IMG/VR virus record: IMGVR_UViG_3300023180_000018
Reading direction: 5' to 3' (one strand)
DNA: 64,000 bases
Source: a virus
The position numbers and the translations under genes were made by a program. Positions within the stretch are counted from its first letter, which is position 1, and each line of letters begins with the position of its first letter. The notes under the pieces were generated by a model, which saw nothing but the letters and a program-made list of their open reading frames with translations, did not search any database and had not been told where the DNA came from. Below are positions 7,431 to 15,400 of the stretch, piece by piece.

Positions 7431-10232
7431 TTATAGTGTCCAAGTATTACCATCCCAAGTCTGAGGAATTAATGTATCTAACGTTGTATCGTATACTGTT
7501 AACGTAGTTCTATTAGTATCTATATCAGTATTATAACCAGTATCAAATACCGTTAACGTAGCTCTAGTAGTAATTCTGTCTGTATCATATCCAGTATCAA
7601 ACGCTGTTAACGTAGTTCTAGTAGTATCTATATCAGTATTATAACCAGTATCAAATGCGGTCAGCGTAGTTCTAGTAGTATCTATATCAGTATTATAACC
7701 AGTATCAAACGCTGTTAATGTAACTCTATCAGTGTCTCTATCAGTTGATACTGCGGTATTGAATGCCGATTCATACGCTGTTACAGTAGTTCTATCCGTA
7801 TTTTTGCCAGTATCAAATGCAGTTAACGTAGTTCTAGTAGTATCAATTGTCGTATTTTGACCAGTATCAAATGCCGTTAACGTAGTTCTATCCGTATTTT
7901 TGCCAGTATCAAATACCGTTAACGTAGTTCTAGTAGTAGCAATATTAGTACCAAATACTGAATCATACGCTGTTACAGTAGTTCTATTGGTTGCTATTGC
8001 AGTATTAAATGCTGATTCATACGCTGTTACAGTTTGTCTATCAGTATTATAACCAGTATCAAATACCGTTAACGTAGTTCTACTAGTTCCTATTGCCGTA
8101 TTGAATCCTGATTCATACGCTGTTACAGTAGTTCTATCCGTATTTTGTCCAGTCTCAAACACTGTTAATGTTTCTATGTTTGTTTCTACTGCAGTATTAA
8201 ACGCTGATTCATACGCTGTTACAGTAGTTCTATCCGTATTTTTTCCAGTCTCAAACACTGTTAATGTAATTACATTGGTTTCTACTGCGGTATTAAACGC
8301 TGAATCGTATGCTGTAATCGTATCTCTATTCGTATTTCTTAGAGTCTCAAATGCAGTTAACGTAGTTCTAGTAGTATCTTTGGTCGTATTGGCGCCAGTA
8401 TCAAATACCGTTAGTGTAGTTTTAGTAGTACTAATATTAGTACCAAATCCTGATTCATATGCTGTAACTGTATTTCTATTAGTTCCTACTGCGGTATTAA
8501 ATGATGATTCATATGCTGTAACTGTATTTCTATTAGTTGATACTGCGGTATTAAATGCTGATTCATACGCGGTAACTGTAGCTTTATTAGTTTCTACTGC
8601 GGTATTGAATGACGAATCATACGCCGTAACAGTTGATCTATTAGTTGAGACAGAGGATGTGGCCCTATTGATCTGAAATGACCCGCCACCAAATTTATCA
8701 GATTGAATTAACGGTCCTTTGTAATAAGTAAATCCATCAGGATGCGCATAGCCGCTCAGGATCAGTGGGCCACTGTATTTTTGTACCGATGCCCAGATAA
8801 CAGAGGTGGTCGCAGTACCTGATTGGGCCCAAACATACGAGCCGGCGACTATCGTATTTGGTCCTTGCGCGCCTGTAGTATTAAATACCGTCAATGTAGC
8901 TCTAGTAGTAGCAATATTAGTATTTTGTCCAGTCTCAAACACTGTTAATGTAGATCTAGTAGTACTAATATTAGTATTCAAACCCGTCTCAAACGCTGTA
9001 AGTGTAGTTTTAGTAGTATCTTTGGTCGTATTGGCGCCAGTATCAAATACCGTTAGTGTAGTTCTAGTAGTATTGATATTAGTATTAAACGCTGATTCAT
9101 ACGCGGTAACTGTAGCTCTATTAGTTCCTACTGCGGTATTAAATGCCGATTCATATGCTGTAATCGTATCTTTATTCGTATCTCTTAGAGTCTCAAACGC
9201 TGTAAGTGTAGTTCTAGTAGTAGCAATATTAGTATCTTGACCAGTCTCAAACACCGTTAATGTTTCTATGTTTGTTTCTACTGCAGTATTAAACGCTGTA
9301 ATAGTATTTTTAGTAGTATCTTTGGTCGTATTTTGTCCAGTCTCAAACACTGTTAATGTAATTATATTGGTTTCTACTGCGGTATTGAATGCTGTAATAG
9401 TATTTTTAGTAGTATCAATATTAGTATCTTTACCAGTATCAAATGCTGTAATCGTATCTTTATTGGTTGCTACTGCAGTGTTGAATGCTGTAATAGTAGA
9501 TTTAGTAGTATCAATTGTCGTATCTTGACCAGTATTAAACACCGTTAGTGTAGTTTTAGTAGTAGCAATATTAGTATTAAACGCTGAATCGTATGCTGTA
9601 ATCGTATTTTTGTTGGTTTCTACTGCAGTGTTGAATGCTGTAATCGTATTTCTGTTGGTTTCTATTGCAGTATTGAATGCCGATTCATATGCTGTAATCG
9701 TATCACGATTAGTTTCTACTGCAGTATTAAACGCTGTAACCGTATCTCTAGTAGTATCAATTGTCGTATCTTGACCAGTATCAAACACCGTATTAAAAGC
9801 AGTAATCGTATCACGATTAGTTTCTACTGCAGTATTGAATGCTGAAACAAAAGCAGTAACCGTATTACGATTAGTTTCTACTGCAGTATTGAATGCTGAA
9901 ACAAAAGCAGTAACCGTATTACGATTAGTTTCTACTGCAGTATCAAACGCGGTAATAAATGCAGTTACTGTAGCTTTATTGGTTGCTACTGCGGTATTAA
10001 ATGCTGATACGAAAGCAGTAAGAGTAGTACGATTCGTATTGAATGTAGTAAGGAATAATGTATCAATTGTAGCATTATAAAAATCACCTAAAGAAATAGC
10101 GCCAGTAGGTTTAGCTGGATCTGGAAATTGTCGTACATAATTAATGTTTAGACTGATACTACTATTGCTAGTATTACCCATCTCGACATTAATGTCAGAC
10201 ATTGATATTGGGCCTGAACCTTGTAGCGCCAT
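7431..10232 (-). CDS. Thr-rich repeat fibre/adhesin with two mirror-complementary arms and a central tip domain
   Basis: N-terminal MALQGSGPISMSDINVEMG...GAISLGDFYN fibre-attachment-like motif; 22+22 repeat units of 14/18/22 aa flanking an 88-aa central segment. Confidence 0.8.
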   Translation of the reverse strand: MALQGSGPISMSDINVEMGNTSNSSISLNINYVRQFPDPAKPTGAISLGDFYNATIDTLFLTTFNTNRTTLTAFVSAFNTAVATNKATVTAFITAFDTAVETNRNTVTAFVSAFNTAVETNRNTVTAFVSAFNTAVETNRDTITAFNTVFDTGQDTTIDTTRDTVTAFNTAVETNRDTITAYESAFNTAIETNRNTITAFNTAVETNKNTITAYDSAFNTNIATTKTTLTVFNTGQDTTIDTTKSTITAFNTAVATNKDTITAFDTGKDTNIDTTKNTITAFNTAVETNIITLTVFETGQNTTKDTTKNTITAFNTAVETNIETLTVFETGQDTNIATTRTTLTAFETLRDTNKDTITAYESAFNTAVGTNRATVTAYESAFNTNINTTRTTLTVFDTGANTTKDTTKTTLTAFETGLNTNISTTRSTLTVFETGQNTNIATTRATLTVFNTTGAQGPNTIVAGSYVWAQSGTATTSVIWASVQKYSGPLILSGYAHPDGFTYYKGPLIQSDKFGGGSFQINRATSSVSTNRSTVTAYDSSFNTAVETNKATVTAYESAFNTAVSTNRNTVTAYESSFNTAVGTNRNTVTAYESGFGTNISTTKTTLTVFDTGANTTKDTTRTTLTAFETLRNTNRDTITAYDSAFNTAVETNVITLTVFETGKNTDRTTVTAYESAFNTAVETNIETLTVFETGQNTDRTTVTAYESGFNTAIGTSRTTLTVFDTGYNTDRQTVTAYESAFNTAIATNRTTVTAYDSVFGTNIATTRTTLTVFDTGKNTDRTTLTAFDTGQNTTIDTTRTTLTAFDTGKNTDRTTVTAYESAFNTAVSTDRDTDRVTLTAFDTGYNTDIDTTRTTLTAFDTGYNTDIDTTRTTLTAFDTGYDTDRITTRATLTVFDTGYNTDIDTNRTTLTVYDTTLDTLIPQTWDGNTWTL
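7506..8633 (-). repeat. C-terminal repeat arm (22 units, 376 aa, residues 534-909)
   Basis: Units start T[LVI]T[AV][FY]; 42/54/66-bp imperfect tandem repeats. Confidence 0.95.
8898..10025 (-). repeat. N-terminal repeat arm (22 units, 376 aa, residues 70-445)
   Basis: Same unit grammar; unit lengths are the exact reverse of the other arm. Confidence 0.95.
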
Positions 10233-10251
10233 TTAAATTTCTCTTATATAT

Positions 10252-10791
10252 TTAACTATTTATAGTTTTAAGTTCATCTATTTGTTTTTGTTGTTCTTTG
10301 ACAACTTCAATGAGCAAAGCTACTATTCTGTCATATTTTACGGCTAATAATCCATTTTCTCTTTCTGCTACAAGTTCAGGTAAAACATTTTGTAATTCTT
10401 GTGCAATAACTCCTACATCTGCTTTTCTAATATTATAATCATCAACTCCGCCTACACTTTCTAAATGGGCATCAGTCCAATCAAAGTTATATCCATTTAA
10501 AGCTTTTACTTTTTCAATAGGATTTTCAATATTTCTTACATTTTCTTTTAACCTAGAATCAGATGAATAAAACGCAGTTATATCGCCTGTTGCAGTAATA
10601 TTGCCAGTAACTGAAATTCCTGCAGAAAAAGTCATCGCACCTGCGGCGGTATCTGCAACATCACTTCTCAAAAAGTTTGCGCCTTCAATTCCATCCACCG
10701 TATCTGCATTTAATCCAGACCCAGGCCCATCATTACCGGCGTGCCAAACAAGTGAACCACCTATAGTTGTTCCTGTTCTAAGTTTCGACAT
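10252..10791 (-). CDS. Short fibre adaptor with intramolecular chaperone (peptidase S74) domain
   Basis: GDITAFYSSDSRLKENV...GVIAQEL...PELV...VKYDRIVALLIEVVKEQQKQI. Confidence 0.88.
   Translation of the reverse strand: MSKLRTGTTIGGSLVWHAGNDGPGSGLNADTVDGIEGANFLRSDVADTAAGAMTFSAGISVTGNITATGDITAFYSSDSRLKENVRNIENPIEKVKALNGYNFDWTDAHLESVGGVDDYNIRKADVGVIAQELQNVLPELVAERENGLLAVKYDRIVALLIEVVKEQQKQIDELKTINS
10257..10264 (-). promoter_or_regulatory. Late promoter TATAAATA for the Thr-repeat gene
   Basis: Exact consensus 25 bp upstream of ATG 10232. Confidence 0.75.
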
Positions 10792-10942
10792 TATTATTCT
10801 CTATTAAATTAAGTAATTCTTGCATTCTTTCAATATATTGATTTTCAATAGATCGTCTTTCTTCTTCAGTATTTCCTAGATCTATTTGAGTATTTATAAA
10901 ACCAATTTCGTTTAATGCTGCATCGATTTCTTCTTGTGTCAT
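10778..10942 (-). CDS. Small acidic hypothetical protein (54 aa, not in ORF track)
   Basis: MTQEEIDAALNEIGFINTQIDLGNTEEERRSIENQYIERMQELLNLIENNNVET; ATGA overlap with the upstream stop. Confidence 0.7.
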   Translation of the reverse strand: MTQEEIDAALNEIGFINTQIDLGNTEEERRSIENQYIERMQELLNLIENNNVET

Positions 10943-12447
10943 ACCCTTACCCTCAAATACGCTTTACGTTTATACGTACTATCACTAGCGCCAGAACCAT
11001 CTTCTTTAATTAATCTCGGTGTTCCTGCCGTGTTTATACCTATTGCTGCATATGTATTTCTTACATCAGCAGCATTAGTATTCCATAGATAAATTGTCCC
11101 ATAACCTTTTTTCCACATAAAAGATCCGGCATTTACTAATAAATTTCGTAAATTTGGATTATTATCGTGCAATAATTCAGTACCTATTGCATCGTAGGAT
11201 GTTAGAATCCAATAATTACCATTAGCTACACTATTGATAGCACTTGCTAAATTATCTGCTGCAGTGCCTGAATCATGTATATCATACGTTGTATTTGAAA
11301 CTATTCCAAACGTAGATCCATTTACGACAGTTAATTGTAATCCTCTTCCTGTTGCAACACCGGTCGAAGAACCATTTACAGTAACTGCTCTATTACCTTC
11401 TACAGCAAAAACGTCTGTACCGTCATCGCTTCTTGCCTGGCCAACACCCGCTGTTCCGGTTGCAGTGATTTCAGTGCCTTCAACAATTCTATCTGCTAAC
11501 AGCGTATCAATACTTCTATCATATTTAAACCTACTCGTATATGTAGGCTCAGTAATTTCTGTTAACTCTAAGTTATCAATATGAACATGAGTTCCTCGTG
11601 CATTTTGTGCTTGATACGTAAATCCAATTTTTAAATCATTATATAAATTAAAATATCCTGCGGCTGCACCCCCTGTATATTTTGCGTCATATGCTCCAGT
11701 GGTTGGGTTATTAACCCACTCTGTTTCTGGATCTGTTCCTAGTGTTGGTGCGGGTCGTGCATCCCTTTTTCTATATAAATTTCCATTATAACGAATTCCA
11801 TAATCACCGCCAGACGGATATTGAGTAGTTGAGTTCCAATCATATGCTCCTGCTACCCAGTTTAAATAAGTATTGCTCACCGTAAATTCATATGAAAAAT
11901 GCTGCCATTCCCAAGTATCAAATGCTGATATAGTAGACGACCATGGTGATGTTAAATTAACTCCATTTGAAGACCATCCAACAGTATATGCAATATAATT
12001 CTGCATGCCGTAACCACCACTATATCCGCGATAGTCATAACTGAATCTAAATTTTTTCCCATCAGTTCTTAAAGTAGTTGGATCCGGAAATAAACGCATC
12101 CCTCCCCAAGTATTACTACTCGCAATATCTGGGGCTCTTTTAATGACATACCCATAACGATTGCCTGCTATAGTATTACGTTCACGACTCGATACAGATA
12201 TATTCGCTTGTGTATATGTACCATAATCTCCGCCAATTGTTCCAGTATCTGGAGATTTAGTAGGTGATTTATCATAAATTATATCATACCCTTCATCTAC
12301 ATCATATACTTGAAGATCACCATTCGATTTAAGCTTCATTTGGCCAGCTGGCAAACTTGCAGTAGTATCAATTTCTCCACCACCACTAGTACCATTGACC
12401 AAAGTTAATTCATTATAATTTTTTCTATAAATTAATTTACTAGTCAT
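10939..12447 (-). CDS. Putative receptor-binding/virion protein with C-terminal ILEI/GG-type lectin-like domain
   Basis: GRGLQLTVVN...TYDIH...NLASAINSV...WILTSYDA...LLVNAGS...RNTYAAIG fits the ILEI/PANDER pattern; aromatic-rich CBM-like middle. Confidence 0.65.
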   Translation of the reverse strand: MTSKLIYRKNYNELTLVNGTSGGGEIDTTASLPAGQMKLKSNGDLQVYDVDEGYDIIYDKSPTKSPDTGTIGGDYGTYTQANISVSSRERNTIAGNRYGYVIKRAPDIASSNTWGGMRLFPDPTTLRTDGKKFRFSYDYRGYSGGYGMQNYIAYTVGWSSNGVNLTSPWSSTISAFDTWEWQHFSYEFTVSNTYLNWVAGAYDWNSTTQYPSGGDYGIRYNGNLYRKRDARPAPTLGTDPETEWVNNPTTGAYDAKYTGGAAAGYFNLYNDLKIGFTYQAQNARGTHVHIDNLELTEITEPTYTSRFKYDRSIDTLLADRIVEGTEITATGTAGVGQARSDDGTDVFAVEGNRAVTVNGSSTGVATGRGLQLTVVNGSTFGIVSNTTYDIHDSGTAADNLASAINSVANGNYWILTSYDAIGTELLHDNNPNLRNLLVNAGSFMWKKGYGTIYLWNTNAADVRNTYAAIGINTAGTPRLIKEDGSGASDSTYKRKAYLRVRV

Positions 12448-12448
12448 A

Positions 12449-15400
12449 TTATGCGAAATCGAATATCAAATCACCGGCCGCATCCTCATACATCGACCAT
12501 GTTCCTGGGGTATTATTAACTTTAACAGCGCTTCCGTTAGTTATCAGCTCTATATCTCCACCAGAGTACATATCCGCAGTAGCTTCTATATCTCCTACAA
12601 CTTTGACTACAGTTCGTGTTTCTGTTCCAGAAAATATCCATCCATCAGTGCTATTACCGCCTGTAGTTGTAACCGCGCCATCAGAATGTAAATATTGAAT
12701 AGTACCTACTTGTCCATACGATCCCGAAGCATGGTCACTAAAATCAATAGTTGCCCCAGCACCATTTGTAGCAGAACGAACAGTAATACCACTATCGCTT
12801 GTAAATGTTTTCGCACCAGTAAAATTTTGTGTAGTTGTAAGATGTGCGGTATCAGCATCTAAATAATCAGAAGCAATAACACTACCGTTCCATGTACCTG
12901 TAGCAATTGTACCCAAAGTTGTCACATTCGATGATCCTGTCCACCCACCAAGGCCGTCGGGTGTTACAGCCCGAGTGGCATCAGTGCCCGTATTTGTTTC
13001 GGCTATAGTTGCTAACTCGACGATACCAGAAACTGTCGTACTAGCAGCTGGCTCATCACCAGTGTTTGTACCACTAAGATTAGAAATATATGCTGTACTA
13101 ATTGCACTACCTTGCCAAGTACCTGAAGTGATAGTACCAACTTGTGTGATAGCTAAGGCATTAATGTCAGCTTGTGTCTGATCTGCTGTTGCACCATCTT
13201 CTACGTTAATCAATGCTCTTACTTCAGCAGCAGTAAGGTCTACAGGATTTGCTGCTGATCCTGTATTATTACCTTTGATGGTATTATTTGACATATTACT
13301 AAGTTTATCATTTGAAACGGCATCATCAGCAATCATCTCTGCAGCTACTTGAACTTCTCCAATCAAACCTGCTGCTGTTCCACCCAATAATCTATTACCG
13401 GTAACAAGATTTTGCATTTTAGCATATGTTACAGCATCATCAGCAATAACAGTTGCTCCATCACCGGTTGATGTTACGTCGCCGGTGTGGTTGGGGTGTG
13501 TATAAGCATTAGCATTAGTATCGATGGTATCTAACTTGGTACCATCAGTTGCAACATCTCGGCCATCGACGGTACCGGTAAGAGTAATATTTCCTTGGAC
13601 ATCAAATACAGCGCCTGAGCCACTATAGCGAAGTATATTATCACTTGAATCATCAACTATAGCAAGGGTCATATCACCACTTGCACCAGCCTTAAAAACA
13701 AAACCTTCACCGGGATCTGCAATTTCTAATTGATTAACTCCAGTTATATTAAAATTCGTTCCAGAAATGCCGTTATTAATATCAAACCCACTAATACCGC
13801 CACTAGCAACCAGTCCTCCACTAAACGTCTTAGCGCCTGTAAATGTTTGTGCACCAGTTAGATGGGCAGTATCTGAATCAAGATATGCTGAAGCAATAAC
13901 ACTACCGTTCCATGTACCAGATGAAATAGTACCAAGTGTTGTGATGCTAGTACTGCCAGCCCAAGTAGATAGTGCTGTATTTTCTACATTGTTAAGACTT
14001 AAATCAGTTTTAACTTCTGACGCACTTCTTCCTTCTAATCCGGATGCAGTAAATTTAGCATAGTCATTATCAGCAACAGTTGCAGAGTCTATAACTACGC
14101 TATTAGTGTCTGCAATACCAAAGGTAAGTGCATCCTGTTTACCACTCACTGTAGTATTTAAAGCAGCAATGTCTACGCCGTCGACTGTTCCTGTTAAAGT
14201 AAAGTTTCCACTAGCGTCAAAAGCTGCAATTTCAGCACTTCCATGAAAAATTTGTAGTTCTGAAGAATCGTTATCATTAGCATCAAAATATAAATTTAAA
14301 CCTGCAAGTGATTTAATAGAAGTTGCATTTGTACCGTTTCCACTGGCGTCGTCATCAAAATCAATTGTTGATGCTTGAGTAGATCCTGTGATTGTATCTA
14401 ACGTAATTCCGCCGCTGAACGTTTTTGCACCAGTAAAGGTTTGTGTACCCGATAGATGAGCAGTATCAGAATCAAGATAAGCCGACGCAATAACACTGCC
14501 TTGCCAAGTACCAGATGAAATAGTACCAACTTGTGTGATTGCTAATGCATTAATGTCAGCTTGAGTCTGATCTGCTGTTGCACCATCTTCTACACCAGTT
14601 GCAATATTATGATAAGTACTACCATCATTTGTAAATTCCCAGCGATCATTAGTTTCATTATATTGTAATAATACGTTTGCAGATGTTCCACGTTCAAGTT
14701 CAATACCACCATTCTGTGATGGAGTTCCTGTTTCATCAGAATTCAAAATAAGTATCGAATCACCAATATTAACTTCGTTTGAATTAATTGTAGTTGTTGT
14801 ACCAGAAACAGTCAAGTTACCACTAACTATTACATCGCCTGACATAGTAAGTTGAACGTCAGCAGCATCTCCAATTGTAGTATCAGTACTAATTTGTCCT
14901 AATCGTGTTCTTAAATTAGCAACACTGACATCTTCATCAGTATTATCGCTCGCTGGTATTGTTACAGTTGAAACATCAATCGCTGTAATATGTCCATTAG
15001 CATCCGACGTTACACTTGTAACAGCCTCAAATGTTCCACCATACGCTGGAGCATCTGTAGAAGTTGTATCAGATCTGGTGGGTGTTGGGTGAATATAATT
15101 AATAGTTCCGGCTTGATCTACGTCTAAGTTTGTTCTTGCAGTAGCAGCATCTGAAGCGCCAGTACCGCCGTGGGCAACGGCAACGTCTGTACCTTGCCAT
15201 GTACCTGTTGCAATAGTACCAAGAGTTGTTATATTAGTTGATCCTGGCCATGTAGATAGTGCAGTGTTTTCTACGTTGTTAAGACTAAGATCAGTCTTAA
15301 CTTCAGAAGCGTTTCTTCCTTCAAGACCTGTAGCTGTAAATTTAGCATAGTCATTGTCAGCTACTGTCGCTGAGTTTATAACTACACTATTTGTATCTGC

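Noticed and set aside
8634-8897. Diversity-generating retroelement variable region
   Set aside because: No template repeat or reverse transcriptase seen in this window; cannot be excluded elsewhere in the genome
7506-10025. DNA inverted repeat, CRISPR array or invertible segment as explanation of the mirror symmetry
   Set aside because: The DNA repeats are direct, in-frame and degenerate at third positions, with no unique spacers; the reverse complement of one arm does not match the other
8101-10080. + strand ORFs within the Thr-repeat gene
   Set aside because: Antisense shadows of stop-poor repeat codons (ACT/ACA read as Ser/Val-rich); no SD or promoter context
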